Of a stretch of DNA of 64,000 bases, positions 1 to 10,325 are shown piece by piece. This stretch comes from an uncultured delta proteobacterium. Lineage in GTDB: Bacteria > Desulfobacterota > BSN033 > UBA1163. Position numbers and translations under genes: made by a program. The stretch's first letter is position 1. Each line of letters opens with the position of its first letter. The notes beneath the pieces are model-generated. The model had not been told where the DNA came from. It did no database searches and saw only the letters and a list, made by a program, of their open reading frames with translations. The DNA lies in NCBI GenBank assembly GCA_963708295.1, contig CAVPSJ010000004.1:832001-896000 (forward strand), given 5' to 3'.

Positions 1-385
1 CAATCCCTTTTTTGACCGGCATCCCTTTTTCATTATAGACTCTGACCCGCTCCATGCCGCTGCTTGGAGAATCACTTTTAAAAATGAATCCACAAAGATC
101 CTCCTCCTCAATTTCAACAACACGTTTCTCGGCCCAGCGAACCATGCGATCCGTCATATCCTGCTTTGTCCTTGAAGTGACTAACCTGGGAGACCCCGGA
201 TCTCCCTCCAAACGCATAGACTCTCTTGGAACAGGGAGACCGCATTCCACTTCAGGACAGATAGGGACGTATTGAACATATTGTCCAAGGGTATCGGTGA
301 GAAACCGGTCCAGCTTATGGCCGCCGTCATAACGGACAGTTTCACCCATTAAGCAGGTGCTGATGCCCAATTTAATCCTTTCCAT
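1..385 (-). CDS. DUF523 (2-thiouracil desulfurase-like)/YbgA-type protein, 5' part; runs off the window
   Basis: Manual translation MERIKLGISTCLMGETVRYDGGHKLD...ICPEVECGLPVPRESMRL...GFIFKSDSPSSG matches the DUF523 pattern; absent from the ORF track because it is truncated. Confidence 0.85.
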   Translation of the reverse strand, partial: MERIKLGISTCLMGETVRYDGGHKLDRFLTDTLGQYVQYVPICPEVECGLPVPRESMRLEGDPGSPRLVTSRTKQDMTDRMVRWAEKRVVEIEEEDLCGFIFKSDSPSSGMERVRVYNEKGMPVKKGI

Positions 386-392
386 TGAAGTC

Positions 393-842
393 TTAGAGTT
401 TTGGAAACAAGATTGAGAAAGTCTCTACAGCTTTCTTCCGATCGAACTGAAAAGTAAGGTCAATTCGATCGTTTCTCAAGCCGAAGGATACGGGTTCTTT
501 TCCTTTTGCTTCGTCAATATGGGTGATGGATCGAGCAATGGAGATGATACGATCGGCCACCTGGACACTGGGCGGAGGAAGCTGATATTTTCCTCTGGAT
601 TCCACTGAGAATAATACCTTTCCCTCGTTTGACCGCTCAAAGGAAATATTGTTGGCTTTCTCAGTAGCTCCGTAAAAAATTCCAAGTCCAAGAAATTTAA
701 GGGCTAATTCGTCCAAATCTCCGCTTGGATCACCCGAAATCCCTTGGGCGGCCTTCTCCAGCTCTTTTTTGGGGTCGGTCTCCAAATAACACTCACAAAA
801 CTCCTGCAGTCTCTGGTGGTAGTTCCTTTCGTCTTTGATCAT
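393..842 (-). CDS. Hypothetical protein, 149 aa; resembles an isolated N2 domain of GspE/PilB ATPases
   Basis: Clean ORF with RBS (AGGGAGG); the fold resemblance is by eye only. Confidence 0.7.
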   Translation of the reverse strand: MIKDERNYHQRLQEFCECYLETDPKKELEKAAQGISGDPSGDLDELALKFLGLGIFYGATEKANNISFERSNEGKVLFSVESRGKYQLPPPSVQVADRIISIARSITHIDEAKGKEPVSFGLRNDRIDLTFQFDRKKAVETFSILFPKL

Positions 843-1097
843 GTTTTGCGCCCTCCCTGATATTTGAACTAAAGGTAATGATCCGGCGTTTCAAATTCAA
901 GGGGGTTTATGAACAAATTGCACAGGTCTCATATTTCTGAAGGTTAAAAAAAGCCGGATCGTTCAAGGCCTATCCCAAAGTAAAACTTCGGGTATTCGGC
1001 TTCTTCATCGAGAGGGCAAGAATTCCCGATAGGCTGGGATGATGTTTCTTGGCAGGCCTCTCGACCAAAGGATCATTTGGAGGGAGTGAAGAAAGGC

Positions 1098-1127
1098 TTG
1101 ACCGGGTAGTCTACGCTGCCGTATGAT
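1098..1127 (+). promoter_or_regulatory. Putative sigma-70 promoter of the glycosyltransferase operon
   Basis: TTGACC-N18-TATGAT. Confidence 0.4.
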
Positions 1128-1219
1128 AAAATGGAGACCCTCGCTATGGGGAATTTGCTTCTTTTTGATTAAAGCCTCCTTCGGTTTTTCTTGTGAATCT
1201 CAAGAAAGGAGATGGATCT

Positions 1220-2428
1220 ATGAGCGATTTCTTTCAGCCCGGGGTGATCACCACGCTTCATCGATTTAAGAAAGGAAATTTGGAACGGATGGAAATGGAG
1301 TTGGAGTTCCATGCAAAACACAATCCAATTGCGTTGGTTCTTCCTTCCCTCTATTCCGAGCTGAAGGAGAAAGCCCTTCAGACTCATTGTTTCCGAGATT
1401 CAAAAAGTTAAATACATCAACCAGGTTGTTGTCACTCTGGGAAGAGCGAAGGAGAAGGATTTTGAACATGCGAAGAAGTTCTTCTCCGTTCTTCCACAGC
1501 AAACGACCATCGTCTGGAATGACGGCAAAAGGGTTCAATCTCTCTATGACATCCTGAAGAAGAATGATATCTCCGCCGGTGAGGACGGGAAGGGACGTTC
1601 TACCTGGATGGCTTTTGGCTATGTCTTGGCAAGCGAAAAGAGCAATGTCATCGTTCTTCACGATTGTGACATCCTCAGTTACGACCGGGAGTTCTTGGCC
1701 CGCTTATGCTACCCTGTGGTCAATCCCAATTTGGGATATGAGTTCTGCAAAGGGTATTACGCTCGGGTGACGAATAAGATGCATGGGAGGGTCACCCGGC
1801 TCTTTGTCACCCCTCTGCTTCGTTCCCTGGAACGACTTTTGGGATACCTTCCTTTTTTGGTCTATCTTGACAGTTTTCGATATCCCTTGGCCGGAGAATT
1901 TTCGATGATTACGGACCTGGCCGAATCAACCGGATTCCGTGGGATTGGGGTCTGGAGGTTGGGGTTTTGTCAGAAGTCTTTCGCAACTGTTCTTTGAGAC
2001 GGATCTGCCAGGTCGATTTGACAGAAAACTATGAGCATAAACACCAGGAGCTTTCTCCGGACGATCCCAACAAAGGGCTTTTAAGAATGTCGATTGATAT
2101 TGCAAAGAATCTCTTCCGAAACCTGGCCAGCGAGGGAATCGATCTTTCAGAGAGCCTTTTGAAGACATTGAAAGCCACCTATTTGAGAACGGCCCAGGAG
2201 GCGATCACAAAATATGACGACGATGCGGCCATCAATGGACTCGATTTTGACCGCCATGAGGAAGGGGTGGCGGTGGAGACCTTTACCAAGGGGATTGAAC
2301 TGGCCAGCAAAGCCTTTGTGGAAGATCCGCTCAGCATTCCACTCATTCCGAATTGGAGTCGGGTCACCTCTGCTATCCCTGACTTTTTGGAAAGGTTGAA
2401 GAATGCCGTCGATGACGACAACACCTAA
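1220..2428 (+). CDS. gpgS: Glucosyl-3-phosphoglycerate synthase-type glycosyltransferase (frameshifts near 1375 and 1925)
   Basis: MSDFFQPGVITTLH, LHDCDI, FCKGYYAR, GRVTRLFVTPL, RYPLAGEF and YEHKHQ motifs across ORFs 1193-1411, 1608-1997 and 1967-2428; adjacent to an MPG-phosphatase. Confidence 0.8.
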
Positions 2429-3275
2429 GCTCGTGATCTTCACCGATCTCGATGGAACCTTGCTCGATCGAGATACCTATTCCTTTGAACCAGCCCTACC
2501 TGCCCTTCGTCTGATTAGACAGAAGGACATCCCCCTTGTTCTGTCAAGCAGTAAGACCAGGGCGGAGATCGAGTTTTATCGAGAAAGAATTGGAAAATGA
2601 TCACCCGTTTATTTCCGAAAATGGAGGTGCCGTGTTTATCCCAAAGGATTATTTTTCATTTCCTTTTCTTACGACAGAGAGACAGATCGGTTTTTCATCC
2701 TGGAATTGGGCATTTTTTATCCCCGGATTATTGAAGTCTTGAATTCCGTTAAAAAAGAGACGGGGATTCCAATCAAGGGATTCTCCGATCTGACTGAGGA
2801 AGAAATTTCCTCCCTTTGCGGCCTGAGATATAAAAGAGGCCGAATTGGCCAAAAAGAGAGAATACGATGAGCCTTTTCTCATTGAAGGTGGAGAGAAAGA
2901 AATCGAGATCGTGAGAAGAAAGATCGAAGAGAAAGGGAATGAACTATGCCTGGGGTGGGAGGTTTCACCATATCCTGGGCAAGAACGATAAGGGCAAGGC
3001 CGTTGAAATTTTGAAGGAGCTCTATGAGAAACAATTTTCCTCCATCTTTACCGTCGGGATCGGGGATAGCCTGAACGATCTTCCCATGTTATCCGTCGTG
3101 GACCATCCATTTTTTCTCAAAGGAGAAGGTCGCGTTTCACCGGAGGCCTTATCACCGATTCAAAATTGTACGATCATTCGATGGAACTGGCCCTCAGGCC
3201 TGGAACGAAGTGATCCTAAACATCGTCATATACGCTTCTCTTGGACCGGGAGGAAATAAAGCTAAAGAATCATGA
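2412..3275 (+). CDS. Mannosyl/glucosyl-3-phosphoglycerate phosphatase, HAD family (several frameshifts)
   Basis: FTDLDGTLL, SSKTRAEI, PFISENGG, REYDEPF, GGRFHH, GDSLNDLPML; the stop overlaps the next start (ATGA). Confidence 0.85.
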
Positions 3276-4437
3276 AAAAAGCGATCATCATCCCGATCTA
3301 TCTCAAATTCAAGCAACCGGAGGAATTACCCCATTTAGAGGGGCTGAGGTTGGCCAAGAGAGCGATCGAAAGCCTGAAGAGATTGGAGGACCAGGATTTC
3401 ACGCTCATCCTTCCTGTTTGTTTTGACTTGACGGGTGAAATCAAAGAGGACCCCTTCCCTGAAATGACAAAGTTCGTCATCGATGAGGTGAAACGTCTGA
3501 GGAGCGAGGAAACATGGGTCTTCTCCAACCACCCTCTAAGAATTTTGAGAGATTATTTAGACCGATTGAATTTTAAGTATTTCTCTTCCCACATCGATTT
3601 GAAGGGATTTTCAAGAATTCGCAACACCGGTCTTCTTCTCGCCCAAGGGCTCTCCATTGATGTCGCTATCTTTATCGACTAACTGACGAGGTCATAGAGA
3701 ACCCGCAATACCTAAAAATCGCCTGTGAATATCTGAACGAGAAATGGAAGGGCAAGGTCGTGCACGGAAAAGGCGGCTTTTATGTCAACCCGGATGGGAC
3801 GATCCTTCTTCCTCCCCAGCAGCTCTGGTGGAGGTTTCTTTGGAATAAGACGAAATGGATGAATCAGGTCTGGGAAAATATCCTCTCAGCCGAAGACAGA
3901 CTTGTTCCTTCTCCCATGCTTTTGGGCGGAAATCTCGTTCTTCATCGATCTCTTTTCCGGCATGTTCCCTTTGACCCTTACATCCCGAGAGGAGAAGATA
4001 CGGACTATCTCATTAACGCGAGCCAGGAGGGGTTCTGCCTCCTCTTCGACAGGGAGATGAAGATCAAACACCTCCATCCGGAAAGAACCGGAGTATTCTT
4101 CCAGGAAGAGCTGAGAGGGGATATTGAACGATTTCTCTACGAGCGAGGGAAAACAAAAGCAGGATCTCACATCAATCTTGACCCCTATCCGGGATATTTC
4201 TTAAAATCGACTGTTTTCCCGAAGGCAGGGCTCACCTCCTTCTTTCTCGGGCTCGATTATCTGGCGAAGGGAGAGTGGAACAAGGCAGGAGAATGCCTAG
4301 CCGATATCGGCCTTCTCTTTCGGGACGAACAGGACGATTGGTTAAAATATCTAAGATTCAAAGAGGATTGGGAAAAGGTGACGGACATCCTCGATAAAGA
4401 CGGGCTGGACGGAGTTCTGGAAAGTTGCCGGGTTTGA
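3272..4437 (+). CDS. Family 2 glycosyltransferase (frameshift near 3680)
   Basis: IIIPIY start, RIRNTGL, FID(N)DE DxD-like motif at the break, GGNLV, FDPYIPRGEDTDY. Confidence 0.75.
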
Positions 4438-5697
4438 ATGTTGGGATGGCCTATGGAGAAAACACTGGAGACTCAGCTGAAAGAGATTAAAGAGGCCGAC
4501 ATCCTGATCGGAATCCCGAGTTACAATAATGCCCGAACGATCGGCCATGTGGTACGCGCCGTGATCGCCGGTCTTGCCAAATACTTTCCAAACGCCAGAG
4601 CAGTGATGGTCAACTCGGATGGTGGTTCAACCGATGGGACTCAAGATGAGGTCAGGAGGGTCCAGATCGAAGATTTCAAAACAATCCTTACCTCCCACCC
4701 GGTCAATCCCATTCAAAAGATTGTAACTCCCTACCATGGAATCCCGGGGAAGGGAAGCGCCTTCCGCACCATCTTTGAGGCCGCCAGGACTCTCAGGGCC
4801 AAAGCCTGCGCCGTGGTCGATTCGGATTTGAGGTCGATCACCCCGGAATGGATGGAGCTTCTCCTCAGGCCTGTTTACGAAGAAGGGTTTGACTACGTCG
4901 CCCCTCTTTATACCCGGCATAAATTCGACGGAACCATCACCAATAGTATCGTTTATCCCCTCACGCGCTCTCTCTACGGGAAAAGAATTCGCCAGCCCAT
5001 CGGAGGGGATTTTGGTTTTTCTGGAAAGCTGGCAGAATTCTATTTGACTAAAGATGTTTGGGAAACCGATGTCGCCCGGTTCGGCATTGATGTCTGGATG
5101 ACCACACTCACCGTTGCTGAAGGATTTAAGGTATGTCAATCCTATCTCGGCGCTAAGATCCATGATGCGAAAGACCCTGGAAGCGATCTCGGACCCATGT
5201 TCACTCAAGTCGTCTCTTCGGTCTACCGTCTGATGGAGGAATACCAAAGCCTTTGGAAAGAGGTTAGAGAATCCCACCCCGTCCCGATTTTTGGCTTTCA
5301 TTATGAGGTAGGACTGGAACCCGTCTCCGTCAATGTGGAGCGGATGATCGGAAACTTCAGGCTGGGGGTTCGGGATCTGACGGAGATTTGGAGAAAGGTG
5401 TTGCTTCCCGAAACAGTCGACTGGCTCGAGTCCATTGCGCGGCTATCGGAGGAAGCATTCTTCTTTCCACAGGACTTATGGGTTCGTTTAGTCTATGACT
5501 TCGCTCTCGCCTATTCGAAAGGATCGGTCCACCGAGAACATTTGTTGAAATCGATGATTCCCCTTTATTTGGGCCGGGTGGCGTCATTCGTTAAAGAAAA
5601 TCAGAAAAGTTCTGCGGACGAGGTCGAAAAAGAGATCGAATCCCTTTGCCGGGCCTTTGAGGAGATGAAGCCTTATCTCATCGAACGGTGGGCCTGA
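4438..5697 (+). CDS. GT2 glycosyltransferase, glucosylglycerate-synthase (Ggs)-like
   Basis: ADILIGIPSYNNARTIGHV, SDGGSTDGT, PGKGSA, VDSDLRSITPEW, RQPIGGDFG, FGIDVWMT. Confidence 0.8.
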   Translation: MLGWPMEKTLETQLKEIKEADILIGIPSYNNARTIGHVVRAVIAGLAKYFPNARAVMVNSDGGSTDGTQDEVRRVQIEDFKTILTSHPVNPIQKIVTPYHGIPGKGSAFRTIFEAARTLRAKACAVVDSDLRSITPEWMELLLRPVYEEGFDYVAPLYTRHKFDGTITNSIVYPLTRSLYGKRIRQPIGGDFGFSGKLAEFYLTKDVWETDVARFGIDVWMTTLTVAEGFKVCQSYLGAKIHDAKDPGSDLGPMFTQVVSSVYRLMEEYQSLWKEVRESHPVPIFGFHYEVGLEPVSVNVERMIGNFRLGVRDLTEIWRKVLLPETVDWLESIARLSEEAFFFPQDLWVRLVYDFALAYSKGSVHREHLLKSMIPLYLGRVASFVKENQKSSADEVEKEIESLCRAFEEMKPYLIERWA

Positions 5698-5718
5698 AAA
5701 AAAGAGGAGGTGAAGAAT

Positions 5719-6429
5719 ATGGGAGAGGTGTGGAAAGTGACCATCACAGATTCTTTGAATCGATTCCTGGAGAAAGTGCTCATATTCTTGCCCAATCTCC
5801 TGGCGATGATCACCATCCTCGTCGTCGGGTTCCTGATTGCCTGGATCTTCAAAAAGCTTCTATTTCGTTTCCTGAAGGCGATCCAGTTCGACAGGGTGAG
5901 CAGACAATGGGGCTTGGCCGATGTTTTGTCCAAAGGAGGGATGACCTATTCCCCCGCCAATCTCTTAAGTCGGTTCTTCTATTGGGTGATCGTCTTCGTA
6001 ACGCTTATCATGGGGATCAATGCTCTTGAGGTCGCAGCCACTCAAAACTTGATCGCCCAGTTCTTTAATTACCTCCCCCACCTTTTTGCTGCGGTGCTCA
6101 TTCTGGTGATCGGCTATTTGATCGCCATCTTTTTGGGCCAGGCCACCCTCATTGCGGCCGTGAATGCCCAAATGGAATCAGCCAAACTGCTGAGTCGCCT
6201 GGTCCGATGGTTCCTCATCGTTTTTTCGGTGACCGTGGCCCTCTATCAATTGGGCATTGCAGAAAAGGTGATCACTGCCGCCTTCTCCGTTATCTTTGGC
6301 GGAATGGTTCTTGCCCTCGCCATCGCCTTTGGATGGGGCGGGAGGGAATTGGCCAAGGAGTTTCTTGAGAGAGTTTATAAAAAAAGCGAGAAAAGCGATA
6401 ATAAGGAAAACCACATTTCCCACATCTGA
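5719..6429 (+). CDS. Membrane protein with conserved TM-helix repeats (CmpX / MscS N-terminal-like)
   Basis: Two FLPNLLA/YLPHLFAA helix repeats, ALAIAFGWGGRELA; RBS GAGGAGG. Confidence 0.75.
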   Translation: MGEVWKVTITDSLNRFLEKVLIFLPNLLAMITILVVGFLIAWIFKKLLFRFLKAIQFDRVSRQWGLADVLSKGGMTYSPANLLSRFFYWVIVFVTLIMGINALEVAATQNLIAQFFNYLPHLFAAVLILVIGYLIAIFLGQATLIAAVNAQMESAKLLSRLVRWFLIVFSVTVALYQLGIAEKVITAAFSVIFGGMVLALAIAFGWGGRELAKEFLERVYKKSEKSDNKENHISHI

Positions 6430-6540
6430 GAAATGAAAAGAGACTTCCACGGCAGGGATGAAAAAGTGACATAGGCGTGAAAAGCAAGCGGAGCGATCAC
6501 GCCTCTTTTATTGCAGGATCACGAAAGATGATCAACAGAG

Positions 6541-7422
6541 TCAATGATGTTTTATTTTCTGGGCTAACTGAAGGATGGTTTCTCCATAGGGTTTGCTATG
6601 GTTGTAGTACCAGAGGGCCTGCTTCTTCTTTTCCATCGGCATCCCCCTTCTCCAGCCATGGCATTTCAAGTAGTTCCCGATACTGAAGATTGCAGCCTCT
6701 TGGCTCAGAAGCCAATTCTCAAAACTTTCTGGGTGGAGGGCGTAAGAAAGGTAGCTCGAAGGCATGAATTGGGCCATGCCCAGGGCGCCCGCATAAGAAC
6801 CATAGACTTCCAAAGGATCGATCTTCTCATGTCGAATGATGGTTAAGAAACATTTCAGTTCACGATAAGCCCAATTCGCTTTTCTCTTCGCTGCCCTTTC
6901 CATCCATTCATAAGAAAGATCCGGGTCCATTTCCCGAAGGATCAGGAAATTCTTCTGGAGAGAGTCCGGCGAATCCATCAGGGCGATGCTTGCGAGGGTT
7001 GGGATGAGTCGGTATTTCCCGATATTCTCGCCAAATCTCGACTCTACCAGGAGAATGGCAACAATCACTTCCTTCTCCACGGAGAACCTCTTTTCCGCTT
7101 TCCGGAGGATCTCGAGGTTTCGACGAAGAAATTTCTTGGAAAGAAGGATGGTTTCCTGAGTTAGAAATCGCGCATAAAGATCCGACGATTCCCGTGATTC
7201 CAAAGAGAGAATCATTAAAGAAGGGTTTAGCTCTGTCCGGCCATCCAGGAGCAGATTCGACAAGAATTCGGAGTCAATCCCGTCCTCTGAGAGTCGGCGG
7301 GTCAGGGACTGAAAAGGAGAAGACCCTTCCTGAGATCCGTCGGCCGAGATCACGGATAAGCAGGAGACGAGCAGGGTAAGGATCAGGAATCGGATCTCGC
7401 GATGTGGTATTCGTTTCTTCAT
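6541..7422 (-). CDS. Lytic murein transglycosylase, MltB family
   Basis: IVAILLVESRFG, GSYAGALGMAQFMPSSY, SIGNYL, YNHSKPY; signal peptide. Confidence 0.9.
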   Translation of the reverse strand: MKKRIPHREIRFLILTLLVSCLSVISADGSQEGSSPFQSLTRRLSEDGIDSEFLSNLLLDGRTELNPSLMILSLESRESSDLYARFLTQETILLSKKFLRRNLEILRKAEKRFSVEKEVIVAILLVESRFGENIGKYRLIPTLASIALMDSPDSLQKNFLILREMDPDLSYEWMERAAKRKANWAYRELKCFLTIIRHEKIDPLEVYGSYAGALGMAQFMPSSYLSYALHPESFENWLLSQEAAIFSIGNYLKCHGWRRGMPMEKKKQALWYYNHSKPYGETILQLAQKIKHH

Positions 7423-7514
7423 GGGGTTAAGCTTACCAGCATCTCCATCATTTTTCAATACATCCTTCAAAATGTGATGTATAATGAATCGAGGACGGAG
7501 ATCTCTTCGAAGAA

Positions 7515-8177
7515 ATGAAGCAATTCTTGATTCCCCTCGGTTTGGCTCTCATTCTTGTCCAACTTCCCTTTGGAGACTTCAAGTCAAAGGCACCTGAGGA
7601 AAAAAAGACACCGGTCAAGGGCTGGTGGATGGTCTCCTCCTTTGCTGTCCCTCCGACGCGATATTCCAGGGCTGGGGACAGGATCATCAAGGCCGAGAGC
7701 CTGGGGAGTCGATCCTCTCTTTACCGGGAGGTAGGAGAAAAAGAGAAGGATCTTCCTGTCCTCTCCTGGAGGTGGAAGATTTCGAGTGTGGTCCGCTCTG
7801 CCATTGAGACAAGAAAGGATAGGTTTGATGCAGCCGCTCGGGTGATCACGGTCTTCGGGAGTCAGAAGGGCTTGAAGGTGATGGAAGGAACGGAACCTTC
7901 AGGGTTTAGAATCGAATATATCTGGGCGAGCCATCTACCCAAAGGACATGTCTTTGATCATCCGGGGGAGAAATACTGCAAAGTTTTTGTTTTGGAATCC
8001 GGCGAAAGAAAAATCGGAGAGTGGGTTCTTGAAAAAAGGAACCTCTATGAGGATTACAAGAAAGCCTTTGGGACAGAACCGAGCGGAGTGTTAGCGATCG
8101 GGATTCAAACGGATACGGATCATAGTAATGAGATGGTGACTGCCTATTATTCGGATCCCATCCTGAAGAAAAAATAG
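7515..8177 (+). CDS. DUF3047-family secreted protein
   Basis: PVLSWRWK, D..AARV.., EYIWAS, GEWVLEKRNLYEDYKKAFG, IGIQTDTD. Confidence 0.75.
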   Translation: MKQFLIPLGLALILVQLPFGDFKSKAPEEKKTPVKGWWMVSSFAVPPTRYSRAGDRIIKAESLGSRSSLYREVGEKEKDLPVLSWRWKISSVVRSAIETRKDRFDAAARVITVFGSQKGLKVMEGTEPSGFRIEYIWASHLPKGHVFDHPGEKYCKVFVLESGERKIGEWVLEKRNLYEDYKKAFGTEPSGVLAIGIQTDTDHSNEMVTAYYSDPILKKK

Positions 8178-8581
8178 GGCTGAGCCTCTGATCCCCTCTG
8201 TTTGCCTCTATTCCCCCTCATGATCAAGACACAGCCTCTTGGGTAAAGCACTTGTTTAAGATGGAAACGGGCAGGGTCTCGCTCAAGATGATTCCTTTTG
8301 ACATTCGTTGTTTTCACCCTGATCCCTTCCATCGCCCCGGGACAGGACGATAATTGCTGTCTAGATGACAATTGGCGGCATCTTCATTGAGACGAACCCC
8401 GACAGATAGCCTTGTTCTCAAAGATAATTTCTTGTCATTTTAACAAGTTATCCTCATCCCCTCAGCGCTGGCCCAATTGGCAAGGGAATTGCTGTTACTT
8501 TTTTTCAAGAATGGAAATGGTTGGGAGCGCAAAAAGGAGTTGTAAGAATATAAGAGGGTAGGGAGGATCGAGAAAAACCAG

Positions 8582-8998
8582 ATGGCGAAGAGAAAGGTTC
8601 TCGTGGTCGATGATGAGGAAGATTTTGCTAAGGCTCTTAAAGTTCGGCTGAAAGCCAACGGGTATGATGTTGTCCTAGCCCATGACAGTATCCAGGCTAT
8701 TATGATGGCTGACCAGGAGAAGCCAGACCTGATTATTCTGGATATTCTGATACCGGGAGAAGATGGGTTCAGCATCTCGGAACGATTGAAACAGGCCGAG
8801 GCAACGCACCCTATTCCCATCATCTTCCTTACAGGGGTTCCGGGGGGCGAGAGAAGAGCTTATAAATCAGGAGCCTCTGGTTATATCATGAAACCCTATC
8901 AACCGGAAATGTTGCTGGAGACCATTCACAAGGTGCTGGAAACAAAGGGGGCGCAGACCCGGCAAAAACCAGAGGGGACAATGGGCGCGGCCTTCTAG
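8582..8998 (+). CDS. Single-domain response regulator (receiver)
   Basis: VLVVDDE, PDLIILD, PIIFLTG, YIMKPY. Confidence 0.9.
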   Translation: MAKRKVLVVDDEEDFAKALKVRLKANGYDVVLAHDSIQAIMMADQEKPDLIILDILIPGEDGFSISERLKQAEATHPIPIIFLTGVPGGERRAYKSGASGYIMKPYQPEMLLETIHKVLETKGAQTRQKPEGTMGAAF

Positions 8999-9189
8999 AA
9001 CCTCCGCTTCTTGCCATTGAAGTTAGATATCATCCAAACGTTCCTATTCCACCTTTCTTACCCACATTCGATTTTTGCAGAGAATCAAACTTTACGGTAT
9101 ACTAAAGTCATGCCGCAGAAATCCTTATCGAATAGAATATTGAGAGCGGGAAACCTTCCTTCTGAAGATTCAGGGAAAGATAAGCATTG

Positions 9190-9696
9190 ATGAAGATGGC
9201 CATCCATCGCAGGATTCGACAATTTTTCTTTCCGTCTTTCACATGCGCGTTCTTGATCAGGGTCTGCCTGGTCTCGCTCTTCGCTTATCTTTCTTTCAGT
9301 TATCTCTGTATTCCCTTCACGATTCAGGGGATCAGTATGGAACCAACCTATCCCAACGGAGGAGTCAACTTTTGTTGGAGGTTGCGATATCTCCTTTCGG
9401 AACCCAAGAGGCATGATGTGGTCGCCGTACGTTTTGCCGGGAGCCAGGTCATGCTTCTAAAGCGTGTGGTGGCTTCCGAAGGCGAGCAGGTTGAGTTCCG
9501 TGACGGGAGACTTTTTGTTGACGGCCTGGAGATCGTGGAATCTTATGTTCGATTTGCGTGCAACTGGAATCTTCCCTCTAGGACAGTTGAAAAGGATTGT
9601 GTCTATGTGGTAGGAGATAATCGGAGCATGCCGATCGAAAATCATTATTTCGGACAAACTTCAAAGATTCGGGTGATGGGGGGGCCCTTATGGTAA
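9190..9696 (+). CDS. lepB: Signal peptidase I
   Basis: GISMEPT (Ser), LLKRVVA (Lys), VVGDNR, one TM helix. Confidence 0.85.
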   Translation: MKMAIHRRIRQFFFPSFTCAFLIRVCLVSLFAYLSFSYLCIPFTIQGISMEPTYPNGGVNFCWRLRYLLSEPKRHDVVAVRFAGSQVMLLKRVVASEGEQVEFRDGRLFVDGLEIVESYVRFACNWNLPSRTVEKDCVYVVGDNRSMPIENHYFGQTSKIRVMGGPLW

Positions 9697-10190
9697 AAGG
9701 GAGATATTTCTTCGCGGGGGGCCTCATGGTAATCATCGGGATCGTCCTTGCCGTCACCGTTTTTCCGAGTGAGGAGAAGAGAGTAAGAAAACGGTTTCGT
9801 CTTCTTTCGGAATGGGTTTCGAAGTCTCCGGAAGAAAACTCGTTTACGATGCTACAGAAAATGAAGAATATCGGCACGCTATTTCTTGAACCCTGTGAGC
9901 TAAAAGCCCCTCACGAATCCTTCTCCGGGAGCTATACCCGGCAAGAGATGTCCGCTTATGCCGGCAGCGCCCGTTCCCATTTTTCTCAGCTCGATCTCAA
10001 ACTCTATGACCTCAAAGTTGCCTTCCCCGAAAAGGAGGTAGCTCAGGTTACTTTAACCGCCAGACTGATTGGAAAAGCGACGAGTGGAGAGCAGGTGGAT
10101 GAAATACGCGAACTTGAATGTCACTTGAAGAAAATGGATAGGAAATGGTTTTTCAGTCAAGTCGAAGTGGTCGAAGTCCTAAAAAAATAA
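9690..10190 (+). CDS. Membrane-anchored hypothetical protein, possible NTF2-like fold
   Basis: N-terminal TM; C-terminal LKKMDRKWFF strand pattern; overlaps lepB. Confidence 0.6.
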   Translation: MVKGRYFFAGGLMVIIGIVLAVTVFPSEEKRVRKRFRLLSEWVSKSPEENSFTMLQKMKNIGTLFLEPCELKAPHESFSGSYTRQEMSAYAGSARSHFSQLDLKLYDLKVAFPEKEVAQVTLTARLIGKATSGEQVDEIRELECHLKKMDRKWFFSQVEVVEVLKK

Positions 10191-10325
10191 CGGTCTCGCG
10201 GAAAATCAGGCCACGATCAATGTCCTTGTAAGATTTTCTTAGATATAGCCAGGGTCTTCGGAGAATGGCCCTGGCTCGGGTGATAAGAGTAAGATTGAAG
10301 ACCGAAGAAAGGAAAGCTTAACCCT

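Noticed and set aside
3675-3692. Stop-codon readthrough or selenocysteine in the GT2 gene
   Set aside because: GACTAACTGACGAG becomes the expected D-N-D-E once two extra Ts are removed; I saw no in-frame TGA at a Cys position
8260-8410. PilZ-domain remnant (GGIFIETNP)
   Set aside because: A single short motif among stop codons; not enough support
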